Origin: Scyliorhinus canicula
Taxonomy: Eukaryota
Direction: 5' to 3'
Assembly (NCBI RefSeq): GCF_902713615.1
Contig: NC_052149.1
Span: forward strand, 126,049,256 to 126,113,255
Length of the DNA: 64,000 bases
Under the pieces are notes generated by a model. That model saw only the letters and a list, made by a program, of their open reading frames with translations. It had not been told where the DNA came from and searched no databases. The position numbers and the translations under genes are program-made. Numbering within the stretch: the first letter of the stretch is position 1; every line of letters begins with the position of its first letter. Below, piece by piece: positions 24,348-35,800 of this stretch.

Positions 24348-24870
24348 AGGTCAGTGAGGTCAGGGGTAAGAGGTCAGTGAGGTTAGGGGCAATAGATCAG
24401 TGAGTTCAAAGGTAACAGGTCAGTGAGATCAGGACTAACAGATTAGTGATGTAGGGAATAACAGGTCAGTGAGGTCAGAATTAACAGGTCAGTGAGGTCA
24501 GAATTAACAGGTCAGTGAGGTCAGAATTAACATGTCAGTGAGGTCAGATTTACCAGGTCAGTGAGGTCACAATTAACAGGTCAGTGAGGTGAGGGGTAAC
24601 AGATTAGTGATGTAGGGAATAACAGGTCAGTGAGGTCAGAATTAACAGGTCAGTGAGGTCAGGGGTAACAGGTCAGTGAGGTCAGAATTAACAGGTCAGT
24701 GAGGTCAGGGGTAACAGATTAGCGATGTAGGGAATAACAGGTCAGTGAGGTCAGAATTAACAGGTCAGTGAGGTCAGAATTAACAGGTCAGTGAGGTCAG
24801 GGGTAACAGATCAGTGAGGTCAGAATTAACAGGTCAGTGAGGACAGGGGTAACAGGTCAGTGAGGTCAGG
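24348..24870 (+). repeat. 23-bp minisatellite (TTAACAGGTCAGTGAGGTCAGAA)n
   Basis: Period 23 measured at 24481/24504/24527; about 22 units with variants. Confidence 0.92.
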
Positions 24871-25052
24871 GGGGTTCTGGAATGGCACGTGGGATGCAAA
24901 TCTTCTGCCTGTTGTGCTCTCGCTTGAGCTCATCCACCTTTGAGGAAGTCAGAAGGTGGAAAAAGGGGAAGCTGTAGATGTGATGTACACGGAATTCCAA
25001 AAGGTATTTGGTCAGGTGCCACACAAAATATTACTGCACAAGATATGGGGCT

Positions 25053-25163
25053 GGATTCTTCGCCGCAAGGTCATCATGGGTGGGGCGCGGACCCTGTAAA
25101 GGTCCTTTGACCTCGGGCGGAATGTCCGGTCACCGGGTGGGTGTGGCTGGAGAATCCCGCCCA
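25053..25163. mobile_element. Short MITE inside a CR1 fragment
   Basis: GGGGCTGGATTCT ... AGAATCCCGCCC inverted termini. Confidence 0.6.
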
Positions 25164-25719
25164 TGATCCCATGGTATACAGTGTAATATCTGAATATGGA
25201 TGTAGGATTTTTTGGTCAACAGAAATCAGGGAGTGGGGTAAATGCTTTGTTATGCGTTGGCAAGCTGCAACTACAGATCACGTTAGTCTGCAGGTCCAGC
25301 AAGTGATCAGGAAGGGAAATGGAATGTTGGTGTTTATTATAAGTGGAACAGAAAATAAAAAAGGGACATTTTACTGCAGCTGTACAGGGATAAAAGTTCA
25401 GAAGAACGAGACATGATCTTCAATAAAGATATCCTGAGGGGACTAATAGAGTGAATGAGATTGTTCCCTCCTCTCAGGTAGAGGGAGATGAAAACACAAA
25501 GAAACAAAGAGAGAAATAAAGTGAGGGAGAAAGAGAGATAAAATCAGGGTGAAAGAGAGAGAGACAGAGAGAGAGTCTGAGGGACAGGTATCAACGGAGG
25601 GAGAGAGAGGGGGAGATCAAGCAGATACAGTGAGACAGGAAGAACAAGACAGAGAGACAGAGAGAGGGGGAGCGCCAGAAACTGAGGGACTGATACTGAG
25701 GGAGTGAGTGAGAGAGAAG

Positions 25720-25820
25720 AAGAGGAAGTGAAGGTGCTGACGTGGTGTCTCTGCCTCATACCATTTACATACTGAGGAACGGGCAGTCAGACTCTCACAG
25801 GCTGCAGCTTTATAAAGCAG
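25720..25820 (+). promoter_or_regulatory. Ig light-chain V promoter: PU-box, variant octamer, TATA
   Basis: GAGGAAGT 25722-25729, ATTTACAT 25763-25770 (1 mismatch to ATTTGCAT), TTTATAAA about 25810, ATG at 25877. Confidence 0.7.
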
Positions 25821-25876
25821 AGCCCAGTGAAGGGAGAGTTTATCAGTAACCAGGCACAGGGACAGGAGCAGACACC

Positions 25877-25925
25877 ATGATTTCAGCCATCCAGCTGATC
25901 TGGCCTCTGGCATTCTGCATCGCAG
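25877..25925 (+). CDS. IGKV: Ig kappa-type V leader exon (MISAIQLIWPLAFCIA-G)
   Basis: ATG, hydrophobic signal peptide, phase-1 GT donor at 25926; typical shark NS4-like leader. Confidence 0.93.
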
Positions 25926-26111
25926 GTACAAATCTCTCTCCTTCCACCTTGAATATTTTCCTGCTCTCCATTTCAATCCAATTCTACTGACTTGTGATTG
26001 AAGGGAAAATGCTGAAAGCAGAGGAACAGTCAGTGTCTCCAACAATATCTCATTGTACAGGCTCTTTCTGTGACAGTTCTTACTTCACTCTGTTTCTCTA
26101 TTACCCCTCAG

Positions 26112-26407
26112 GTATCAGTGGAGACATCATCATGACCCAGTCTCCCCCGGTGCTGTCATTGAGCCTGGGCCAGACCGCGACCATCACCTGTACGGCCAGC
26201 CAATCTGTCAGCTATTATGTTGCTTGGTATCAACAGCGAGAAGGTCAGAAACCGGCTCTGCTGATCTACTATGCAACAACTCGATTCACAGGAACATCCG
26301 ACCGATTCACCGGCAGTCAATCTGGAACACAATTCACCCTGACAATCAGCAATGTACAGAATGAGGATGTCGCTGATTATTACTGTCAGCAAGGTTACAC
26401 CCCACAA
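26112..26407 (+). CDS. IGKV: Germline V segment, shark kappa (NS4/type III-like), open frame
   Basis: AG acceptor; [45 protein letters not shown] with both Cys and the Trp conserved. Confidence 0.97.
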
Positions 26408-26435
26408 CACAGTGATACAGAGCCTTACAAAAACC
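26408..26435 (+). other. 12-bp-spacer recombination signal sequence
   Basis: CACAGTG + ATACAGAGCCTT + ACAAAAACC, consensus heptamer and nonamer. Confidence 0.98.
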
Positions 26436-26781
26436 TCAATAAACACTTTCCGACCTCCTCTCCTGACACGGAGCACAGTTTTATATAATATATGAACAGT
26501 TTTATATAAACACAAGTAAGGAATCTGAACACATTATTTTCACTGTCCACTACACACTCCAGTCACTGAAGGCCTCAGGTTTTTTACTCTCCATGTCCAC
26601 GGTATGAAGAGCAGCTGAAAGATTTATCATTCAAAATTGGACTTCTCAAATCTCCCAACAAAACACAGAGACATTGAGAGAAACAGAGAGAGAAAGAGTG
26701 AGAGAGAAAGACATGAGTGAGTGAGAGACACAGAGAGAGACAGAGAGAGGGTGAGAGTGAGTGAGTGAAGCAGAGAGCAGA

Positions 26782-26820
26782 GGTTTTTGTACAGCCCCTG
26801 CACTGGAAGCTGTCAGTGTG
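26782..26820 (-). other. 23-bp-spacer recombination signal sequence of J
   Basis: GGTTTTTGT + 23 bp + CAGTGTG (reads CACACTG on the minus strand). Confidence 0.95.
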
Positions 26821-26855
26821 GCTTACGTTCGGTAAAGGAACCAAGCTCAGACTGA
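26821..26855 (+). CDS. IGKJ: J segment (LTFGKGTKLRL)
   Basis: FGxG motif; phase-1 donor GTAAGT at 26856 is in frame with C. Confidence 0.96.
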
Positions 26856-28107
26856 GTAAGTAAACCCCAATCCTCCGTTATTAACCCTTTCAATACTGAA
26901 ACTTTCTCAAACACAAATGCTGAATAGTTGAAGGTGTTAGTGAGGAGCTGCAGTGAATGAAATGGTTCATTGAAGAACACTGTGTAGAACAGGGTGCCCA
27001 GCTGTATTTCTTTAGTTCCATTCCCCCCTTTAAGCAGCAAGATATAAGTAAGCAGCTTTTACCCACCGTGTGGAGGAGATCTGGACGTTTGCAGACTGTG
27101 TTCACATTCCTGGACCATGGAGTGAAATCACTCACTAGACTCCTGTCAGTCTGTGTGTGACAGACACGGGCAGAGTTTGATGTGAGCTCTGGCTCCCTGT
27201 CACACTCTCTGATATAACTGATCACAGCAGCAGCAGCAGCCCAGTGAGACACCGAGGTCCCACTTCCCCCAGCTTTAACTCTGCTCTCTCCACTCCCTGC
27301 TTATCTCTTAGCAAAGTTCTGATGACAAACAGGTCCAGCAGGGCTCACAATCCAGTGGCTTCAGTGTTCCAGGCTTTTGGGGAGACTCTCAGTTACTTTC
27401 TCTTTGGGTCGAGTTCAGTCTGATATTTATTCCTGATCCAATATTCCTGAAAATCCCTGGAGATATTTTTATTGTTTGATGTGATGTGTGATCTCTGGCT
27501 GGGCCAGCATTTATTGCCCATCCCTAATTGCCCTTGAACTGAGTGTCTTGCTCGGCCATTCCAGAGGACATTTCAGAGTCAACACATTACTGAGGATCTG
27601 GAGTCACTTGTAGGCCGGACAAGGTCAGGATGGCAGGTTCCCACTTCAGACCCACACATCCCATAAATTAACTTTTGAAAATGGCCCAAACTCCACTTTC
27701 CTGCCTGACTCCATAACCCTTGACCCCCGTCAATCAAAAATCTGTCGAATTCAGCCTGGAATATATTGAATGTCCCAGCATGCACTGCTCCCTGGGAAAG
27801 AGAATTCCAAAAACTAACGACCCTCTGAGAGAAGAAATTCCTCCTCATCGCCACCTTAAATGGAGATTCCTTATTTTTAAACTGTATCCACTAATTCTAG
27901 GTTCCCCACGAGGGGAAACATTCTCTCAGAATCCACCCTGTCAAGCTCCCTCGGAATCTTATATGTTTCAATAAGATCACCTCTCATTCTGCAATGAGTA
28001 CAGACCCAACCAGCTCAACCTTTCCTCATCAGACATTCCATTCCTCAGTGGAATCAGTGGTTACGGGGATAGGGTGCAGGAGTGGTCCTAAGTAGGGTGC
28101 TCTTTCG

Positions 28108-28343
28108 AGGGCTGCATGGTGGCACAGTGGTTAGCACTGCTGCCTCACGGCCCCTAGATCCCAGGTACGATCCCGGCTCTGGGTCACTGTCCGTGTGGAG
28201 GTTGCGCATTCTCCCTTTGTTTGCGTGAGTTCCACCCCCACAACCCCAAAATGTGCAGGGTAGGTGGATTGGCCACACCAAATTGCCTCTTAATTGGAAA
28301 AAATGAATTGGGTTTGATAAATTTATTTAATAAAAAAAGAAAA
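28108..28343 (+). mobile_element. tRNA-derived SINE (same family as 12349-12575)
   Basis: A/B boxes, core, flanking direct repeat TAGGGTGCTCTTTC. Confidence 0.8.
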
Positions 28344-29132
28344 TATAGGGTGCTCTTTCCACTCGATGGGCCGAATGGCCTCCTTCTGCACTGTAAATTC
28401 TATGATTCTCTGAGACCAAAACTGTGCCCAGTACTCACAGTGTAGTCTCCCCAATGTGCTGTATCGATGGAGCAAGACTTCCCTACTTTTATACTCCATC
28501 CCCCTTGTAATAAAGGACAACATTCCATTGACCTTCCTCATCACTTGCTGTACCTGCAGGTTAACTTTCTGTGATTCATACACAAGGACACCCAGATCCC
28601 TCTGTACCACAGCTTTCTGCAGTCTCTCTCCATGTCAATAATATTCTGATTTTCTATTCTCCCTAACAAAGTGGACAAGCTCACATTTCCCCACATTATA
28701 CTCCATCTGTCAAATGTTCTCCCCACTCACTGAACCTATCAATATCCCTTTTCAGACTCTGTATCCTCCTCAAAACTTGCTTTCCTACCTATCATTTTAT
28801 CATCAGCAAATTTAGCTACAATACTGTCATTGCCTTCATCCAGCTCATTAATATAGATTGGAGAATTAAAACCCCAAACAACAGCCATCTTCCTTTGTGC
28901 TGGGTATGACTCCAGCCAGCGGAGAGTTTTCCCCCTGATTCCCATTGACTCCAGTTTTGCTCGGGCTCCTTGATGCCAAACCCGGTCAAATGCTGCCTCG
29001 AGGTCAAAGGGCAGTTACTCTGTCCTCACCGCTGGAGTTCAGCTCTTTTGTCCATGTTTGAACCAAGGCTGTAATGAGGTCAGGAGCTGAGTGACCCTGG
29101 CAGATTCTTAACTGAGCGTCAGTGAGCAGGTT

Positions 29133-29326
29133 ATGAAATGAAAATGAATGAAATGAAAATCGCTTATTGTCACGAGTAGGCTTCAATGAAGTTACTGTGA
29201 AAAGCCCCTAGTCACCACATTCCGGCGCCTGTCCGGGGAGGCTGGTACGGGAATCGAACCGTGCTGCTGGCCTGCTTGGTCTGCTTTAAAAGCCAGCGAT
29301 TTAGCCTGGTGAGCTAAACCAGCCCC
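29133..29326 (-). mobile_element. Short SINE with (CATTT)n tail
   Basis: GGTTCGATTCC B-box on the minus strand; splits the Deu-LINE fragment with a short TSD-like repeat. Confidence 0.75.
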
Positions 29327-29549
29327 TCAGTTATTGCTGAGTAAGTGTTGCTTGATAACACTGTCGTTAACAACACCAATAATTTTGCTGATGATCGCGA
29401 GATGGTTGACGGACAGTAATTGTCCGGATCGAATTTGTCAGCTTTTTGTTGACTGGACACACCTGGGTAACTGGTCGATGCCAGTTATGTATCTAAACTG
29501 GGGCAGCTTGGCTGGGGGGTGTGACCTGGACACAAGACCGCCAGAAATA

Positions 29550-29885
29550 CATAGAACATAGATATAGAACAGTACAGCACAGAACAGGCCCTTCGGCCCT
29601 CGATGTTGTGCCGAGCAATGATCACCCTACTCAAACCCAAGTATCCACCCTATACCCGTAACCCAACCTTACTTTTTTAGGACACTACGGGCAATTTAGC
29701 ATGGCCAATCCACCTAACCCGCACATCTTTGGACTGTGGGAGGAAACCGGAGCACCCGGAGGAAACCCACGCACACACGGGGAGGACGTGCAGACTCCGC
29801 ACAGACAGTGACCCAGCCGGGAATCGAACCTGGGACCCTGGAGCTGTGAAGCATTTATGCTAACCACCATGCTACCGTGCTGCCC
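29550..29885 (-). mobile_element. HE1-like SINE
   Basis: Near-identical to 9765-10114. Confidence 0.88.
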
Positions 29886-31530
29886 CTAAATAGGAGCAGG
29901 ATTTCTCCAGTGTTGCTATTCAATTTTCCCACCAGCAGCACATCACCGCCATCGGGTTTCACAGCGGCATCGGGTGGTTGCTGTGGCAAATCCCATTGAC
30001 AATTGACGGACAGATATAATCCTGCCGCCAGTGAATGGCACGCAGCCAATAATCACGCAGCTGGTGAACCGGACGTTCCCGCACAGGAGCAAGGATAGAT
30101 TATTCTGACCCCTGGACACAGAGGCTAATCGTAATCTCAGTCTTGACCTGAGCCCAGGGCTGGGCAGCAAGGTTTGAAGTGAAACCTAGAACCTTCTACA
30201 CTGGCAGCCAATCAGTATCCTTTGTGAAGTGTGTTGATCCACGTCTGCTCCAACGTTCTGGGATAAATTTCTCCGGTTCTGTGTGTGATTTGAGGTTTGT
30301 TAATGTTCAACCTGTTCCCCCAGAAATAGTTCGAGCTTCCTAATAGTTTAATAGGATTAAATGGGACACTGCATCTTTAAATACTCTCACTATTAACCAT
30401 TTCAGTGCTGAATTTGTAGTGAACTTCTTTACAAATGTCTAAGTAACATTCCAAAATGATTTAACCAGCTTAACATCAAACCTTTACCTCCTGACACTGA
30501 ACCAATTTGAAATCCAATTTGTCACTTTCACTTGGATTCCATCAGCTTTTAATTTTCAGACACGTCTGTCTTTGGAAACTTGGCAAAATCCTTGGAAAAC
30601 CCATGTTGTCAACATCAAACTCACTCCCGTCATCAACCCACCTCGTTCCCTCCTCATCAAATTCAAAATCGCTCCCTCAGCCTATCTCTTCCTCCCTTTT
30701 TAAACAATGGTACAACATTATCATCCAGCAGTCCTCCGACACCACGCCTGTAGTCAGGGAGGATTGGAAAATAATGGTCAGATCCTCCGCTATTTCTTCC
30801 CTGAGCAGCCTCGGATACATTTCACCCGGGCCTGGGGGTTTCTTCCCTTTCAATGCTGCCAAACACATTAATATCTCCTCTCTCACGATTTTTATCACAT
30901 CCAATATTTCACAATTCTTCTCCTCCTGAACACCAATGTCTGCTTTGTCCCTCGCATTAGTGAAAACTGATGTAAATAATTCATTAAGAACCAACTCCAT
31001 GTTTTCTACCTCCACACACAAGTTACATTTTGTTCTCTAATTGGTCCCACTCATTCATTAGTTATCCTCTCACAATGTCCCTCACTAATGCTTTGTGTGA
31101 ACATATTTATTCTGAACTCTCTCTATCTCCAGCTTGAATATCCTCCCCCTGCTCTGTCACTGTTTCCTGTCCATTTTGGCAAATCCCAGTTTCGTAAAAT
31201 TGCCCTTTCCCCAATTTAAAACTTTTCCTCTTGGTCTATCTTTACCCTTTTCCAGAAATTACTCTAAATCTAACTGAATGATGATCACTATTACCCAAAT
31301 ACTCTCCCATTGATTCCCCTTCACCTGCCCAGATTCAATTGCTAAAACTGTCTAAAACTGCTCCTTCTGTTGTTGGGATTGTTTCGTACTAGTTAGAAAG
31401 GTTGCTCAGAATGGATTGTCAGAATTCCAGACCACCTATATATTGATACATGTCTTGATTCCAGTTAATATATTGGAAGTTGAAAACCTTTATAATGGCA
31501 GCGATTAAAATTCCTTCTCTTCTCTTTCAG

Positions 31531-31859
31531 GCCGTGAGAATTCACAACCCACACTGACCCTGCTGCCCCCCTCCCTGGAGGAGGTCAAGACCAAGGGCAC
31601 TGCCACCCTGGTGTGCCTTGCCAATCACTTCTATCCCGATGAGCTGGTGGTGGAGTGGAAGAAGGATGGTGCAGCCATTTCGGACGGGGTTCAGACCAGC
31701 AACTACCTGCGAGCTTCGGACAACACCTACAGTGTCAGCAGCCTGCTGACCCTCTCTGGCTCTGCCTGGGAGTCCAACGCCAGCTTCTCCTGTGCCCTCA
31801 CCCACGTGAGCCTCTCCTCTGCCCTCAGCAAGAGCATCAGGAGATCAGAATGTGCGTAG
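31531..31859 (+). CDS. IGKC: Ig light-chain constant exon, shark kappa type
   Basis: Polypyrimidine-CAG acceptor; (S)RENSQPTLTLLPPS..TATLVCLANHFYP..W..YSVSSLLTL..FSCALTH..RSECA*; AATAAA at 32358-32363. Confidence 0.97.
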
Positions 31860-32807
31860 AGTGTCAGAGACAGTCCACAGAGGAGACACAACTTTAAATA
31901 GAACAGGGGTGAGCTGGGAGGGCAAAGGTCATTGTCAGCACTGAATTACAACCTTCTCGGGACTGGGTCTGAGACACTTCTGAGGGTCAGGGGTTAAGAC
32001 ATGTTTTTGGGACAGTGCAGAGGGATATTTACTCTGCATGTAATCCCATGCAGCATTTGTCCTGGGAATGTTTGATGGGACAGTGCAGACTCGTGATGCC
32101 AAGTAAAACCTCTCTAAGATGCTGAAGACTGTCAGCTGTACCAAAATAACGTGACCCCTGAAGTCTCTGCTTCGGGAAACCAGACCTCCTTCCTGCTCAC
32201 CCTGCAGTTACAATTTAAGGTTTAGTCACCGTTTAAAGGGACAGGATTCTCATGTCATTGAGAAAATCTCTATATTTTCCCTGTGAATTTCTCCAGCTTT
32301 CTCTGGCTGGGCTGTTTATTCAAGTCTTTCTTCTGACAATGTAAATCTGTAAAAGGTAATAAACATTAAGAATATTCAGTATGTGTCTCGAGTGTGCTTT
32401 GGAAATGTCCCTCCTCCCCATCAGCTGATTGGCTTCATTTCAGCAAGTGATTGTCATGATTGGCTAGTTGGCCTGTCAATCAATGACACATCAGCAGAAC
32501 ATTGGATTCAAAGACAATTATCAATCATTTTAAAATGATCAGTTTTATCTGTTTTGTGAGGGTCACAAAGAATCCAGCACAAGTTGAAGGATAGAAGGAA
32601 ATAACATTTATTTACAATAACATATCTATACAACAGCAGCAGCAACTCCCTTGCTGCTCACTCCTCTCTAGCTGGTTCCAAACTGGCCAGCTTTATTTAT
32701 GCAGCGAATCTGCTTATGATTTCTGCCCCAACCCCCTCATTGGGGAATCTCATACTCCCATAGGATTGTGGGATTGCCATTAGTCCCCAGCCAGTGGGAA
32801 GCAGGCA

Positions 32808-35800
32808 TAGAACATAGAACATAGAACGATACAGCGCAGTACAGGCCCTTCGGCCCTCGATGTTGCACCGACATGGAAAAAAAAACTAAAGGCCATCTAA
32901 CCTACACTATGCCCTTATCATCCATATGCTTATCCAATAAATTTTTAAATGCCCTCAATGTTGGCGAGTTCACTACTGTTGCAGGTAGGGCATTCCACGG
33001 CCTCACCACTCTTTGCGTAAAAAAACCCACCTCTGACCTCTGTCCTATATCTATTACCCCTCAATTTAAGGCTATGTCCCCTCGTGCTAGCCACCTCCAT
33101 CCGCGGGAGAAGGCTCTCGCTGTCCACCCTATCTAACCCTCTGATCATTTTGTATGCCTCTATTAAGTCACCTCTTAACCTTCTTCTCTCTAACGAAAAC
33201 AACCTCAAGTCCATCAGCCTTTCCTCATAAGATTTTCCCTCCATACCAGGCAACATCCTGTTAAATCTCCTCTGCACCCGTTCCAAAGCTTCCACGTCCT
33301 TCCTATAATGAGGCGACCAGAACTGTACGCAATACTCCAAATGCGGCCGTACTAGAGTTTTGTACAACTGCAACATGACCTCATGGCTCCAGAACTCAAT
33401 CCCTCTACCAATAAAGGCCAACACACCATAGGCCTTCTTCACAACCCTATCAACCTGGGTGGCAACTTTCAGGGATCTATGTACATGGACACCGAGATCC
33501 CTCTGCTCATCCACACTACCAGGAATTTTACCATTAGCCAAATATTCCGCATTCCTGTTATTCTTTCCAAAGTGAATCACCTCACACTTCTCCACATTAA
33601 ACTCCATTTGCCACCTCTCAGCCCAGCTCTGCAGCTTATCTATGTCCCTCTGTAACCTGCAACATCCTTCCACACTGTCTACAACTCCACCGACTTTAGT
33701 GTCGTCTGCAAATTTACTCACCCATCCTTCTGCGCCCTCCTCTAGGTCATTTATAAAAATGACAAACAGCAACGGCCCCAGAACAGATCCTTGTGGTACG
33801 CCACTCGTAACTGAACTCCATTCTGAACATTTCCCATCAACTACCACTCTCTGTCTTCTTTCAACTAGCCAATTTCTGATCCACATCTCTAAATCACCCT
33901 CAATCCCCAGCCTCCGTATTTTCTGCAATAGCCGACCGTGGGGAACCTTATTAAACGCTTTACTGAAATCCATCATCAACTGCTCTACCCTCGTCTACCT
34001 GTTCAGTCACCTTCTCAAAGAACTCGATAAGGTTTGTGAGGCATGACCTACCCTTCACAAAACCATGCTGACTATCCCTAATCATATTATTCCTATCTAG
34101 ATGATTATAAATCGAATCTTTTATAATCCTCTCCAAGACTTTACCCACCACAGACGTTAGGCTCACCGGCCTATAGTTACCGGGGTTATCTCTACTCCCC
34201 TTCTTGAACAAAGGGACCACATTTGCTATCCTCCAGTCCTCTGGCACTATTCCTGTAGCCAATGATGACCTAAAAATCAAAGCCAAAGGCTCAGCAATCT
34301 CTTCCCTGGCTTCCCAGAGAATCCTAGGATAAATCCCATCCGGCCCCGGGGACTTATCTATTTTCACCTTGTCCAGAATTGCCAACACTTCTTCCCTACG
34401 CACCTCAATGCCATCTATTCTAATAGCCTGGGTCTCAGCATTCTCCTCCACAATATTATCTTTTTCTTGAGTGAATACTGACGAAAAGTATTCATTTAGT
34501 ATCTCGCTTATCTCCTCAGCCTCCACACACAACTTCCCACCACTGTCCTTGACTGGCCCTACTCTTACCCTAGTCATTCTTTTATTCCTGACATACCTAT
34601 AGAAAGCTTTTGGGTTTTCCTTGATCCTACCTGCCAAAGACTTCTCATGTCCCCTCCTTGCTCATCTCAGCTCTCTCTTTAGATCCTTCCTCGCTTCCTT
34701 GTAACTATCAAGCGCCCCAACTGAAACTTCACGCCTCATCTTCACATAGGCCTCCTTCTTCCTCTTAACAAGAGATTCCACTTCTTTGGTAAACCATGGT
34801 TCCCTCGCTCGACCCCTTCCTCCCTGCCTGACTGGTACGTACTTATCAAGAACATGCAATAGCTGTTCCTTGAACAAGCTCCACATATCCAGTGTGCCCA
34901 ACCCTTGCAGCCTACTTCTCCAACCAACAGATCCTAAGTCATGTCTAATGGCATCATAATTGCCCTTTCCCCAGCTATAACTCTTGCCCTGCGGGGTATA
35001 CTTATCCCTTTCCATCACTAACGTAAAGGTCACCGAATTGTGGTCACTGTTTCCAAAGTGCTCACCTACCTCCAGATCTAACACCTGGCCTGGTTCATTA
35101 CCCAAAACCAAATCCAATGTGGCCTCGCCTCTTGTTGGCCTGTCAACATATTGTGTCAGGAAACCCTCCTGCACACATTGTACAAAGAATGACCCATCTA
35201 ATGTACTCGAACTATATCTTTTCCAGTCAATATTTGGAAAGTTAAAGTCTCCCATAACAACTACCCTGTTACTTTCGCTCTTTTCCAGAATCATCTTCGC
35301 CATCCTTTCCTCTACATCCCTAGAACTATTAGGTGGCCTATAGAAAACTCCCAATAGGGTGACCTCTCCTTTCCTGTTTCTAACCTCAGCCCATACTACC
35401 TCAGAAGAAGAGTCCCCATCTAGCATCCTTTCCGCCACCGTAATACTGTCCTTGACTAGCAGCGCCACACCTCCCCCTCTTTTGCCCCTTCTCTGAGCTT
35501 ACTAAAACACCTAAACCCCGGAACCTGCAACAACCATTCCTGTCCCTGCTCTATCCTTGTCTCTGAAATGGCCACAACATCGAAGTCCCAGGTACCAACC
35601 CATGCTGCCAGTTCCCCTACCTTATTTCGTATACTCCTGGCATTGAAGTAGACACACTTCAAACCACCTACCTGAACACTGGCACCCTCCTGCGAAGCCA
35701 AATCTGTGCTCCTGACCTCTATACTCTCAATCTCCCGTACCCCAAAACTACAATCCAGGTTCCCATGCCCCTGCTGAATTAGTTTAAACCCCCCCAAAGA

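Larger units (their letters stand above)
27490..31500 (-). mobile_element. J-C intron repeat mosaic: DeuSINE/Deu-LINE and CR1 fragments, antisense to the gene
   Basis: CR1 RT-like ORF pieces 28323-28945 and 30677-31021; Deu-LINE RT piece 28875-29540; Deu tail 27490-27540. Confidence 0.65.

Noticed and set aside
25994-26111. N-terminal extension of ORF 25994-26488
   Set aside because: It is leader intron; the real product uses the 25877 leader exon, and the C-terminal part runs through the RSS.
26860-31500. Kappa intronic enhancer (kB site, E-box cluster)
   Set aside because: No convincing kB consensus found; scattered E-boxes are at background level.
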